A program made the position numbers and the translations under genes. The notes beneath the pieces were generated by a model. It had not been told where the DNA came from and made no database searches. It saw only the letters and a list, made by a program, of their open reading frames with translations. Shown here piece by piece: positions 17,521-26,864 of a DNA stretch of 33,896 bases; the first letter of the stretch is position 1, and each line of letters begins with the position of its first letter. The stretch is from the IMG/VR virus record IMGVR_UViG_2548876958_000018; one strand, written 5' to 3'. Source of the stretch: a virus. Lineage: Duplodnaviria; Heunggongvirae; Uroviricota; Caudoviricetes.

Positions 17521-17647
17521 TTTAAGTGCCGATATCCGGCAGCTTGAGAACGCGCTGGCGCGCTGTGCCAGCCAGGTAAAAATGATTAAACACTGTCAGG
17601 ACGAAAACGATGCTCAAACCCGACAGCCTGCGCAGGGCGCTGACTGA
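17357..17647 (+). CDS. lysC: outer-membrane lipoprotein spanin subunit (LysC / Rz1-like), embedded in lysB
   Basis: ATG at 17357 in the +1 frame of lysB; signal peptide with lipobox LCAGC; Pro-rich; 96 aa; extends past the lysB stop into the R start. Confidence 0.6.
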   Translation: MKTKIFAAGTALTCLMLCAGCTSAPPAPTPVIVHNACPKVSLCPMPGSDPETNGDLSADIRQLENALARCASQVKMIKHCQDENDAQTRQPAQGAD

Positions 17648-18077
17648 TGCCGTCACGGTGCTGAAAACTAACCCCGATATGCTGCGGATATTCGTGGATC
17701 ACGGGAGTATTGCCTCCACGCTGGCGGCGTCGTTGTCATTCGAAAAGCGTTACACGCTCAATGTCATTGTGACCGACTTTACCGGTGATTTTGACCTGCT
17801 CATCGTGCCGGTGCTGGCGTGGCTGCGGGTAAATCAGCCCGACATCATGACCACCGACGCAGGTCAGAAAAAGGGCTTCACGTTTTATGCAGACATCAAC
17901 AATGACAGCAGCTTTGATATCAGCATCAGCCTGATGCTGACCGAGCGAACGCTGGTCAGTGAGGTGGACGGCGCACTGCATGTGAAGAATATCCCGGAAC
18001 CTCCGCCGCCGGAGCCGGTCACCCGCCCGGTGGAGCTTTATATCAATGGCGAACTGGTGAGTAAGTGGGATGAATGA
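17610..18077 (+). CDS. R: tail completion protein R (155 aa)
   Basis: 155-aa ORF; size and order match P2 gpR. Confidence 0.7.
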   Translation: MLKPDSLRRALTDAVTVLKTNPDMLRIFVDHGSIASTLAASLSFEKRYTLNVIVTDFTGDFDLLIVPVLAWLRVNQPDIMTTDAGQKKGFTFYADINNDSSFDISISLMLTERTLVSEVDGALHVKNIPEPPPPEPVTRPVELYINGELVSKWDE

Positions 18078-18522
18078 GTTTAAGCGTTTTGAAGACCGGC
18101 TGACCGGGCTGATTGAATCGCTGTCACCGTCAGGGCGTCGGCGACTGAGCGCCGAACTGGCGAAACGTCTGCGTCAGAGTCAGCAGCGTCGGGTGATGGC
18201 ACAGAAAGCCCCGGACGGCACACCCTACGCGCCACGTCAGCAGCAGAGCGCCAGAAAAAAGACCGGTCGCGTTAAGCGAAAAATGTTTGCGAAACTTATC
18301 ACCAGTCGTTTTTTGCATATCCGCGCCAGCCCGGAACAGGCATCAATGGAATTTTACGGCGGGAAGTCGCCGAAAATCGCCAGTGTGCATCAGTTCGGTC
18401 TGTCGGAAGAAACCCGGAAAGACGGTAAGAAAATTGATTATCCGGCGCGTCCTCTGCTCGGCTTTACCGGTGAGGATGTGCAGATGATTGAAGAGATTAT
18501 CCTGGCTCACCTTGAGCGTTAG
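18070..18522 (+). CDS. S: tail completion protein S (150 aa)
   Basis: 150-aa ORF overlapping the R stop; size and order match P2 gpS. Confidence 0.7.
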   Translation: MNEFKRFEDRLTGLIESLSPSGRRRLSAELAKRLRQSQQRRVMAQKAPDGTPYAPRQQQSARKKTGRVKRKMFAKLITSRFLHIRASPEQASMEFYGGKSPKIASVHQFGLSEETRKDGKKIDYPARPLLGFTGEDVQMIEEIILAHLER

Positions 18523-18551
18523 TTTTATCCAGGCAGAGGCTGATGCGCAAT

Positions 18552-18588
18552 TAAACATTGAGCGGCCATGCTGGTCGCTCAATGTTTA
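18552..18588. terminator. long hairpin between convergent S and moron genes
   Basis: AAACATTGAGCG (18553..18564) pairs perfectly with CGCTCAATGTTT (18576..18587) across an 11-nt loop; no strong U-run, so terminator function uncertain. Confidence 0.35.
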
Positions 18589-18593
18589 GAGGT

Positions 18594-19379
18594 TTATGAG
18601 TGATTTTTATTTGATGCTTTGTATTCTACAACCTTCTTATTGGCGTAAAGGAATTTTGTATATGACAGGAATATAACCAGACCTGAAATGAAATAGATGA
18701 GGGATATTATTAATAATGCTTTTTTTTGGCTGTTATTATCTTTAATCTCCTGACTTAACCATTCCGAGTCCTCCTCGTTTAGCTGTAAGAGCTTATTGCA
18801 GGCGATCTCAGGAAGTGTGTCTTTTATAAATACGTTTCGTAGCCTCTTGCAATCGGCAAGGCTATAAGTTTTATTGAATTCAACTGTTTTATTGTTGAAG
18901 GATAAAAGAACTTTGTCACTATAAACATAGTACATCATATTTTTATATGGTATGCCTATGGCATCTCTTACTATAACGGATTGTTTGTTGTGTATATAAC
19001 ATGCGAAGAGAATATAAATAATGCTGGACAGAATTACAATTATTGTTTTAATTATGTGTGGTGGTTTTGTTATGTCACCCCAGAAGCGAGTAAGAAAAAA
19101 ATACGATGTTTTTAGTTTTCCATCAATCAGCCCCTGCTGTATCATTCTCACATCTTCGATGCCTGATACATTGATTCCGTTAATTATTTTAAATAGTTGA
19201 ATGTCGCGCCATTTTTTGTCGAGCATTTTTAACTTTCTGTCTGAATACTCAAAATTGAAATGATGTGCAATAAACCTCATAAGATTACTTTTACCAAAGG
19301 TAATAAATGTTAATGCTATTAATAAAAATAGATACAAAGAGATAAACCACCACGCATTAGTCACATTATCACTGAACAT
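18594..19379 (-). CDS. AT-rich moron: 261-aa membrane protein with three predicted TM helices, unknown function (P2 orf30 position)
   Basis: Antisense to the flanking tail operon; strongly AT-rich unlike neighbours; hydrophobic segments near residues 10-28, 112-130 and 221-240; no recognisable catalytic motif. Confidence 0.7.
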   Translation of the reverse strand: MFSDNVTNAWWFISLYLFLLIALTFITFGKSNLMRFIAHHFNFEYSDRKLKMLDKKWRDIQLFKIINGINVSGIEDVRMIQQGLIDGKLKTSYFFLTRFWGDITKPPHIIKTIIVILSSIIYILFACYIHNKQSVIVRDAIGIPYKNMMYYVYSDKVLLSFNNKTVEFNKTYSLADCKRLRNVFIKDTLPEIACNKLLQLNEEDSEWLSQEIKDNNSQKKALLIISLIYFISGLVIFLSYTKFLYANKKVVEYKASNKNHS

Positions 19380-19462
19380 TACGCTCTCCTCGAATGTTGT
19401 ATGGTCGTTCTACAAATGAATCCAGATAGCATAACTTTTATATATTGTGCAATCTCACACGC

Positions 19463-20098
19463 ATGAACACTCTCGCAAATATTCAGGAACTCGCGCGCGC
19501 ACTGCGCAACATGATTCGTACCGGCCTTGTCGTCGAAACCAACCTTAAAGCCGGTCGCTGCCGTGTGCAGACCGGTGGCATGTGCACTGACTGGCTTCAG
19601 TGGCTGACCCATCGTGCCGGACGTTCGCGCACATGGTGGGCACCTTCCGTGGGGGAGCAGGTGCTGATTCTGGCTGTGGGCGGTGAACTCGACACGGCGT
19701 TCGTTCTGCCGGGGATTTATTCCGGCGATAACCCCGCGCCGTCTGCGTCGGCGGATGCCCTGCATATCCGTTTCCCTGACGGGGCGGTGATTGAGTATGA
19801 ACCCGAAACCAGTGCACTCACGGTAAGCGGAATTAAAACGGCCAGCGTGACGGCTTCTGATTCTGTTACTGCCACGGTGCCGGTGGTCATGGTGAAAGCA
19901 TCAACCCGCGTCACCCTGGACACACCGGAGGTGGTCTGCACCAACAGGCTGATTACCGGCACGCTGGAAGTGCAGAAGGGCGGGACGATGCACGGCAACA
20001 TTGAACACACCGGCGGTGAACTCTCATCAAACGGTAAGGTACTGCATACCCATAAACACCCCGGCGACAGCGGCGGCACAACCGGGAGCCCTCTATGA
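19463..20098 (+). CDS. V: baseplate central spike protein (211 aa)
   Basis: ATG at 19463 gives 211 aa; first gene of the V-W-J-I-H-G operon. Confidence 0.8.
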   Translation: MNTLANIQELARALRNMIRTGLVVETNLKAGRCRVQTGGMCTDWLQWLTHRAGRSRTWWAPSVGEQVLILAVGGELDTAFVLPGIYSGDNPAPSASADALHIRFPDGAVIEYEPETSALTVSGIKTASVTASDSVTATVPVVMVKASTRVTLDTPEVVCTNRLITGTLEVQKGGTMHGNIEHTGGELSSNGKVLHTHKHPGDSGGTTGSPL

Positions 20099-20442
20099 CA
20101 GCGCGTTATCTCGGAATGAATCGCAGTGATGGCCTGACGGTCACTGACCTTGAGCATATCAGCCAGAGTATCGGCGATATCCTGCGCACACCGGTCGGCT
20201 CACGGGTGATGCGTCGTGATTACGGCTCGTTGCTGGCGTCAATGATTGACCAGCCGCAGACCCCGGCGCTTGAGTTGCAGATTAAGGTCGCCTGTTACAT
20301 GGCGGTGCTGAAATGGGAACCCCGCGTCACGCTGTCATCTGTCACCACGGCGCGCAGTTTTGACGGGCGAATGACGGTCACGTTAACCGGCCAGCACAAC
20401 GACACCGGCCAGCCACTTTCGTTAACCATCCCTGTGAGTTGA
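20095..20442 (+). CDS. W: baseplate wedge protein (gp25-like, 115 aa)
   Basis: 115-aa ORF overlapping the V stop. Confidence 0.8.
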   Translation: MTARYLGMNRSDGLTVTDLEHISQSIGDILRTPVGSRVMRRDYGSLLASMIDQPQTPALELQIKVACYMAVLKWEPRVTLSSVTTARSFDGRMTVTLTGQHNDTGQPLSLTIPVS

Positions 20443-20446
20443 AACC

Positions 20447-21355
20447 ATGCCGATTATCGACCTGAACCAGCTACCCGCACCGGATGTGGTCGAGGAGCTG
20501 GACTTTGAAACCATTCTCGCCGAACGCAAGGCGACACTGATTTCCCTTTACCCGGAAGACCAGCAGGAGGCGGTCGCCCGTACCCTGACGCTGGAATCTG
20601 AGCCTCTCGTCAAACTGCTGGAGGAAAATGCTTATCGTGAGCTTATCTGGCGTCAGCGTGTGAATGAGGCCGCACGGGCGGTAATGCTGGCCTGTGCCGC
20701 CGGTAATGACCTTGATGTGATTGGTGCCAATTACAACACCACGCGCCTGATTATCACCCCGGCAGATGATTCGACCCTCCCGCCGACACCGGCAGTGATG
20801 GAATCTGACACGGATTATCGTCTGCGTATTCAGCAGGCGTTTGAAGGTTTAAGCGTTGCCGGGTCGGTGGGTGCCTATCAGTATCATGGTCGCAGTGCCG
20901 ACGGGCGCGTCGCAGATATCTCTGTCACCAGTCCGTCTCCGGCCTGCGTCACCATCTCTGTGCTGTCACGTGAAAATAACGGTGTCGCATCCGAAGACCT
21001 GCTGGCTGTGGTACGTAACGCCCTTAATGGCGAGGACGTCAGGCCGGTGGCCGACCGCGTGACCGTGCAGTCTGCCGCCATTGTTGAATATCAGATAAAC
21101 GCCACGCTTTACCTTTACCCTGGCCCCGAAAGCGAACCCATCCGCGCCGCCGCCGTGAAAAAACTGGAAGCGTACATCACGGCACAGCACCGGCTGGGGC
21201 GCGACATCCGTCTGTCTGCCATTTATGCCGCTTTGCATGTGGAAGGCGTGCAGCGTGTCGAACTGGCTGCACCACTGGCTGACATCGTGCTCAACAGTAC
21301 GCAGGCGTCTTTCTGTACCGAATACCGCGTCGTGACCGGAGGCTCGGATGAGTGA
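20447..21355 (+). CDS. J: baseplate protein J (302 aa)
   Basis: 302-aa ORF; size and order match P2 gpJ. Confidence 0.8.
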   Translation: MPIIDLNQLPAPDVVEELDFETILAERKATLISLYPEDQQEAVARTLTLESEPLVKLLEENAYRELIWRQRVNEAARAVMLACAAGNDLDVIGANYNTTRLIITPADDSTLPPTPAVMESDTDYRLRIQQAFEGLSVAGSVGAYQYHGRSADGRVADISVTSPSPACVTISVLSRENNGVASEDLLAVVRNALNGEDVRPVADRVTVQSAAIVEYQINATLYLYPGPESEPIRAAAVKKLEAYITAQHRLGRDIRLSAIYAALHVEGVQRVELAAPLADIVLNSTQASFCTEYRVVTGGSDE

Positions 21356-21878
21356 TTCGCGCCTGCTGCCGACCGGTTCATCACCGCTTGAAGTTGCCGC
21401 CGCAAAAGCCTGTGCGGAAATTGAAAAAACGCCGGTCAGGATTCGTGAGCTGTGGAACCCGGACACCTGCCCGGCAAATCTGCTGCCGTGGCTGGCGTGG
21501 GCGTTTTCGGTCGACAGGTGGGATGAAAAGTGGCCGGAAGCGACAAAACGCGCCGTTATCCGCGATGCCTATTTCATCCACTGTCATAAAGGCACTATCG
21601 GCGCAATCCGGCGTGTGGTGGAGCCGCTCGGCTATCTCATCAACGTGACGGAGTGGTGGGAAAACAGTGACCCGCCCGGCACCTTCCGCCTTGATATTGG
21701 TGTACTGGAAAGCGGTATCACAGAGGCAATGTATCAGGAAATGGAACGGCTGATTGCTGATGCCAAACCTGCAAGCCGTCACCTTATTGGTCTGAACATT
21801 ACCCGGGACATTCCCGGCTACCTGTTCGCCGGTGGTGTGGCTTATGACGGCGATGTAATTACGGTTTACCCCGGATAA
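21348..21878 (+). CDS. I: baseplate protein I (176 aa)
   Basis: 176-aa ORF overlapping the J stop. Confidence 0.75.
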   Translation: MSDSRLLPTGSSPLEVAAAKACAEIEKTPVRIRELWNPDTCPANLLPWLAWAFSVDRWDEKWPEATKRAVIRDAYFIHCHKGTIGAIRRVVEPLGYLINVTEWWENSDPPGTFRLDIGVLESGITEAMYQEMERLIADAKPASRHLIGLNITRDIPGYLFAGGVAYDGDVITVYPG

Positions 21879-21888
21879 GTGAGGAATA

Positions 21889-23988
21889 ATGAGCACAAAA
21901 TTCAGAACCGTTATCACCACTGCTGGTGCAGCAAAGCTGGCAGCGGCAACCGCGCCGGGAGGGCGGAAGGTCAACATTACCACGATGGCCGTCGGGGATG
22001 GCGGTGGTAAATTGCCTGTCCCGGATGCCGGACAGACCGGGCTTATCCACGAAGTCTGGCGACATGCGCTGAACAAAATCAGCCAGGACAAACGAAACAG
22101 TAATTATATTATCGCAGAGCTGGTTATTCCGCCGGAGGTGGGCGGTTTCTGGATGCGTGAGCTTGGCCTGTACGATGATGCTGGAACGTTAATTGCCGTG
22201 GCGAACATGGCTGAAAGTTATAAGCCAGCTCTTGCCGAAGGCTCAGGGCGTTCGCAGACCTGCCGCATGGTCATCATCGTCAGCAGTGTGGCCTCAGTGG
22301 CGCTGACCATTGACACCACAACGGTGATGGCAACGCAGGATTACGTTGATGACAAAATTGCAGAACATGAACAGTCACGACGTCACCCGGACGCCTCGCT
22401 GACCGCCAAAGGTTTTACTCAGTTAAGCAGTGCGACCAACAGCACGTCTGAAACACTCGCCGCAACACCAAAAGCGGTAAAAGCAGCATATGACCTTGCT
22501 AACGGGAAATACACTGCACAGGACGCCACCACCGCGCGAAAAGGCCTTGTCCAGCTCAGTAGCGCCACCAACAGCGATTCTGAAACGCTTGCGGCAACGC
22601 CAAAGGCGGTTAAGACAGCGTATGACCTTGCTAACGGGAAATACACTGCACAGGATGCCACCACAGCGCGAAAAGGTCTTGTCCAGCTCAGTAGCGCCAC
22701 CAACAGTGATTCTGAAACGCTGGCTGCAACACCAAAAGCGGTGAAGTCTGCCTATGACAATGCTGAAAAACGTCTTCAGAAAGATCAGAACGGCGCGGAT
22801 ATTCCTGATAAAGATCGCTTCCTGAGTAACATTAATGTTTACAGCAAAGGCGAGGTGGATAAGAAAAAAGGAATGCGGCTGTACGTATTTAACGCGCCGT
22901 CTAATGCTGTTGGTGGAAAGTGGTATCCAGTTATTTTCCGGCGTTCCACTGGTAGCACTGGCGAACTGGCTTCCAGAGTGGTTATTACAACCACATCTGC
23001 CGGTGGTGATTACGCAATGAATAACTGCGAATTTAATGGAATGGTAATGCCCGGAGGTTGGACTGATCGTGGTTCATATGCAGCAGGTTATTTTTCGACA
23101 TATCAGACTAATGAGCGCGCAATCCATTCCATTGTAACAAGCCTGAAAGAAGATGATGTATGCAGCGTTTTTTACGTTGAAGGCAGGGCTTTTCCTGTGC
23201 GAGTTTTTGCCGAAGAAGGGCTAACGGTTATTGTTCCAACTCAGGATTATACCGTCGGTCAAACAACATATAAGTGGGGAGCAACTAATCCCGCGACAGA
23301 AAGCACGAACGCACAAGCCATTCTGGATTTTAACAATGGGCGAGGGTTTTATTGTTCTCACTCAATATTCGGTATTAATGCCATTTTTAGCGGAAATCTG
23401 GGGATTGGAACGGCTAATGCCCTGGGTGGAAATTCAATAGTTTTAGGAGATAACGATACCGGGTTTAAACAAAATGGTGATGGGGTGCTGGATGCTTATG
23501 CTAATGGTGTGCATGTATTCCGCTTTATAAATGGTTCAGCAAGATCATTAAAGGGTATTCAGGCTGGGGAAAGTAAGTTCTTCACACTTTCAAGTGCAAA
23601 TACCGCTGCCCGTAATGCATCATTTAACTTGTGGGGAAATTCGTCAAGACCAACTGTTGCAGAGCTTGGTGATGATTCAGGCTGGCATTTCTATAGTCAG
23701 CGAAATACAGATAACTCGGTGATATTTGCTGTAAACGGTCAGATACAACCAAGCAACTGGGATAACATTGATTCCCGATATGTGAAAGATGTTCGGCTTG
23801 GCTCACAGCAATATTATGGTGTGAACAACTGGCAAACATGGAACTTTCAGTGCCCTTCAGGTCATGTATTGTCTGGTATAAATGTTCAGGATACAGGTTC
23901 CAACTCCGCCGATAATATTGCGGGTGTTTATTACAGACCCGTTCAAAAGTATATAAATGGCACATGGTATAATGTAGCGAGCGTTTAA
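21889..23988 (+). CDS. H: tail fiber protein (699 aa), mosaic with internal tandem repeats
   Basis: Large ORF after I; N-terminal part GC-rich like the rest of the phage, C-terminal about 1.2 kb AT-rich with a Gly/Asn/Ser-rich distal domain; followed by the fiber assembly gene. Confidence 0.85.
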   Translation: MSTKFRTVITTAGAAKLAAATAPGGRKVNITTMAVGDGGGKLPVPDAGQTGLIHEVWRHALNKISQDKRNSNYIIAELVIPPEVGGFWMRELGLYDDAGTLIAVANMAESYKPALAEGSGRSQTCRMVIIVSSVASVALTIDTTTVMATQDYVDDKIAEHEQSRRHPDASLTAKGFTQLSSATNSTSETLAATPKAVKAAYDLANGKYTAQDATTARKGLVQLSSATNSDSETLAATPKAVKTAYDLANGKYTAQDATTARKGLVQLSSATNSDSETLAATPKAVKSAYDNAEKRLQKDQNGADIPDKDRFLSNINVYSKGEVDKKKGMRLYVFNAPSNAVGGKWYPVIFRRSTGSTGELASRVVITTTSAGGDYAMNNCEFNGMVMPGGWTDRGSYAAGYFSTYQTNERAIHSIVTSLKEDDVCSVFYVEGRAFPVRVFAEEGLTVIVPTQDYTVGQTTYKWGATNPATESTNAQAILDFNNGRGFYCSHSIFGINAIFSGNLGIGTANALGGNSIVLGDNDTGFKQNGDGVLDAYANGVHVFRFINGSARSLKGIQAGESKFFTLSSANTAARNASFNLWGNSSRPTVAELGDDSGWHFYSQRNTDNSVIFAVNGQIQPSNWDNIDSRYVKDVRLGSQQYYGVNNWQTWNFQCPSGHVLSGINVQDTGSNSADNIAGVYYRPVQKYINGTWYNVASV
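22423..22758 (+). repeat. in-frame tandem repeat inside H: 132-bp unit, about 2.5 copies
   Basis: 44-aa unit LSSATNS(T/D)[12 protein letters not shown](A/T)[23 protein letters not shown] repeated from 22423, 22555 and 22687, with a few substitutions. Confidence 0.8.
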
Positions 23989-23989
23989 T

Positions 23990-24517
23990 ATGATGCACTT
24001 AAAGAACATAAAAGCGGGTAACACTAAAACACTGGAACAGTATGAGTTAACAAAGAAGCATGGAGTCATCTGGCTTTACACTGAAGACGGGAAAAACTGG
24101 TATGAGGAAGTGAAGAACTTTCAGTCAGACACAATAAAGATTGTTTACGACGAGAATAATATAATTGTCGGCATCACCCGAGATGCTTCAACGCTTAACC
24201 CTGAAGGTTTTAGCGTTGTCGAGGTTCCTGATATTACTGCCAACCGACGTGCTGATGACTCAGGTAAATGGATGTTTAAGGATGGTGCCGTGATTAAGCG
24301 GATTTATACGGCAGACGAACAGCAGCAACTGGCAGAATCACAAAAGGCAACTTTGCTTTCCGAAGCCGAATCCGTGATTTTGCCGCTGGAGCGCGCTGTC
24401 AGGCTGAATATGGCAACAGATGAGGAACGCAGCCGACTGGAAGCATGGGAACGCTACAGCGTTCTGGTCAGCCGTGTGGATCCTGCAAATCCTGAATGGC
24501 CGGAAATGCCGCAATAA
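23990..24517 (+). CDS. G: tail fiber assembly chaperone (175 aa)
   Basis: 175-aa ORF immediately after the fiber gene; P2 gpG position. Confidence 0.75.
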   Translation: MMHLKNIKAGNTKTLEQYELTKKHGVIWLYTEDGKNWYEEVKNFQSDTIKIVYDENNIIVGITRDASTLNPEGFSVVEVPDITANRRADDSGKWMFKDGAVIKRIYTADEQQQLAESQKATLLSEAESVILPLERAVRLNMATDEERSRLEAWERYSVLVSRVDPANPEWPEMPQ

Positions 24518-24738
24518 GTTGTATAAGCTCTGGTGTGAGATTACATATCTATGGCACAGAGTAAAGCCTAATCTGACAGGCCGCTCTGTGTCTGGAGTAG
24601 ATTTTAGTAAAGCATTATTTTATTAGTGCAAATTCTAAACAATACATTTTATGTATATGATATCCTGCGGACTTTAATGATTTGGTTTAGGCTAACCAGA
24701 TAACACTGAAGGAATATTTTTGATAATTAAGGTGCGGT

Positions 24739-25332
24739 ATGTTTACTAAGCGACGATTAAAAAATATTAACTGGGAGGCAAGTTCAGTGATTCTTGCTAT
24801 GGTTCTCTTTGCTGGAAATATATTTTATACAAATCATCGTGATGATATAAGCATGGAGGCTGAGAGAGACAGTATCAGAACAATGTTTGCATATGAAATC
24901 GCTAATAACCATCGCGCTCTCACCTTTCTTGATAAAACGAGAAATATTGGCTTTGACGAAAATTCGGAGCATTTTGTTGGCGAGCCTTTTGCCATTAATG
25001 TCAAATCATCAGGGGGACCTCGCTTACAGATTGCATTAAACCAGACTGATAAAGTGTTTAAATCATACTTCAGCGAATTAAGTAAGCTTGATAAAGAGGA
25101 TGTTACTCTTCTTATGGACTATTACCATGAGCAAAGCATCCTGCTGGAGCGTGTAAAATCTACGTTACAGAAGATGAAAAGTGGTAATGATATTAAAGTT
25201 GATATTGATGGTTACTTATTAGAAGAACACTTCATGAATGAGCTTAATCTTTCTAATATTTTGCTTAAACGCTATAGCTATTTATTATCACAGCACGCTA
25301 AAGAACATAAAACAAAAGATTTACATAATTGA
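24739..25332 (+). CDS. AT-rich moron: 197-aa protein with one N-terminal TM anchor, unknown function (P2 Z/fun position)
   Basis: Preceded by a 220-bp AT-rich spacer; N-terminal hydrophobic segment SSVILAMVLFAGNIFY, then a charged, probably helical domain; lies between G and FI. Confidence 0.7.
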   Translation: MFTKRRLKNINWEASSVILAMVLFAGNIFYTNHRDDISMEAERDSIRTMFAYEIANNHRALTFLDKTRNIGFDENSEHFVGEPFAINVKSSGGPRLQIALNQTDKVFKSYFSELSKLDKEDVTLLMDYYHEQSILLERVKSTLQKMKSGNDIKVDIDGYLLEEHFMNELNLSNILLKRYSYLLSQHAKEHKTKDLHN

Positions 25333-25539
25333 TAATCTGCTAATGGTTATTCATGGGGTAACTATGTTTTATATGTAATCCAGCTCAGATGAATTATTGA
25401 TTCTGGATAATAACCGCAGAGCGGCATATACCCTGACAGGCAAATGTCCGCTTCTTGCTCAAAGCAGACTGTCAGATTTGATAACTTTTGGGCTATGTAA
25501 ACTGTCAGTCGGAAAATGAGTGTGTACAAATCAGGACAG

Positions 25540-25566
25540 GCGGGCGAATTGCCCGCATTTTCTTTA
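25540..25566 (+). terminator. candidate intrinsic terminator after the G-FI moron
   Basis: GCGGGC (25540..25545), loop GAATT, GCCCGC (25551..25556), followed by a T-rich tract ATTTTCTTTATCTGTTGTTT. Confidence 0.4.
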
Positions 25567-25661
25567 TCTGTTGTTTCATCCACTGACCAGCCAGGTCAAA
25601 TAGCGTCTCATGCTCTGCACAACAGAAAATAGTTGCACCCATTAACCACGGAGTTAAACGG

Positions 25662-26852
25662 ATGAGTGACTATCATCACGGCGTGCAGGTGCTGGAGATT
25701 AACGACGGCACCCGCGTCATTTCCACCGTATCCACAGCCATTGTCGGCATGGTCTGCACGGCCAGCGATGCGGATGCGGAAACCTTTCCCCTCAATAAAC
25801 CGGTGCTGATTACCAATGTGCAGAGCGCAATTGCAAAGGCCGGTAAAAAAGGCACGCTGGCGGCGTCGTTGCAGGCCATAGCTGACCAGTCAAAACCGGT
25901 CACCGTTGTTGTACGTGTGGAAGACGGCACCGGCGAAGACGAAGAAACGAAACTTGCGCAGACCGTTTCCAATATCATTGGCACCACCGACGAAAACGGT
26001 CAGTACACCGGACTGAAAGCCCTGCTGGCGGCGGAGTCGGTAACCGGTGTTAAACCGCGTATTCTCGGCGTGCCGGGACTGGACACCAAAGAGGTGGCTG
26101 TTGCACTGGCATCAGTCTGTCAGAAGCTGCGCGCTTTCGGATATATCAGCGCATGGGGCTGTAAGACCATTTCCGAGGTGAAAGCCTACCGCCAGAATTT
26201 CAGCCAGCGTGAGCTGATGGTCATCTGGCCGGATTTCCTCGCATGGGATACGGTCACCAGTACCACCGCCACCGCGTATGCCACCGCCCGTGCGCTGGGT
26301 CTGCGCGCTAAAATCGACCAGGAGCAGGGCTGGCATAAAACGCTGTCCAACGTCGGGGTAAACGGTGTTACCGGCATCAGCGCATCCGTCTTCTGGGATT
26401 TGCAGGAGTCCGGCACCGATGCTGACCTGCTTAACGAGTCAGGCGTCACTACGCTGATTCGCCGCGACGGTTTCCGCTTCTGGGGTAACCGTACCTGCTC
26501 CGATGACCCGCTGTTCCTCTTTGAAAACTACACCCGCACCGCGCAGGTGCTGGCCGACACGATGGCTGAGGCGCACATGTGGGCGGTGGACAAGCCCATC
26601 ACCGCAACGCTGATTCACGACATCGTTGACGGCATCAATGCCAAATTTCGTGAGCTGAAAACAAACGGCTATATCGTGGATGCGACCTGCTGGTTCAGCG
26701 AAGAATCCAACGATGCGGAAACCCTCAAGGCCGGAAAACTGTATATCGACTACGACTATACCCCGGTGCCTCCTCTCGAAAACCTGACCCTGCGCCAGCG
26801 TATTACCGATAAATACCTGGCAAATCTGGTCACCTCGGTTAACAGCAATTAA
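25662..26852 (+). CDS. FI: contractile tail sheath protein (396 aa)
   Basis: 396-aa ORF with GGAG RBS; followed by the tube gene. Confidence 0.9.
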   Translation: MSDYHHGVQVLEINDGTRVISTVSTAIVGMVCTASDADAETFPLNKPVLITNVQSAIAKAGKKGTLAASLQAIADQSKPVTVVVRVEDGTGEDEETKLAQTVSNIIGTTDENGQYTGLKALLAAESVTGVKPRILGVPGLDTKEVAVALASVCQKLRAFGYISAWGCKTISEVKAYRQNFSQRELMVIWPDFLAWDTVTSTTATAYATARALGLRAKIDQEQGWHKTLSNVGVNGVTGISASVFWDLQESGTDADLLNESGVTTLIRRDGFRFWGNRTCSDDPLFLFENYTRTAQVLADTMAEAHMWAVDKPITATLIHDIVDGINAKFRELKTNGYIVDATCWFSEESNDAETLKAGKLYIDYDYTPVPPLENLTLRQRITDKYLANLVTSVNSN

Positions 26853-26864
26853 GGAGCCTGACCG

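Noticed and set aside
22419-22744. ORFs on both strands inside the H repeat region; also considered a CRISPR-like array
   Set aside because: Repeats are contiguous with no spacers and are in-frame coding sequence of the tail fiber; the ORFs are repeat-generated artefacts
25362-25583. 73-aa minus-strand ORF in the spacer upstream of FI
   Set aside because: Lies across a candidate terminator and promoter region; no RBS; Cys/Tyr-rich odd composition
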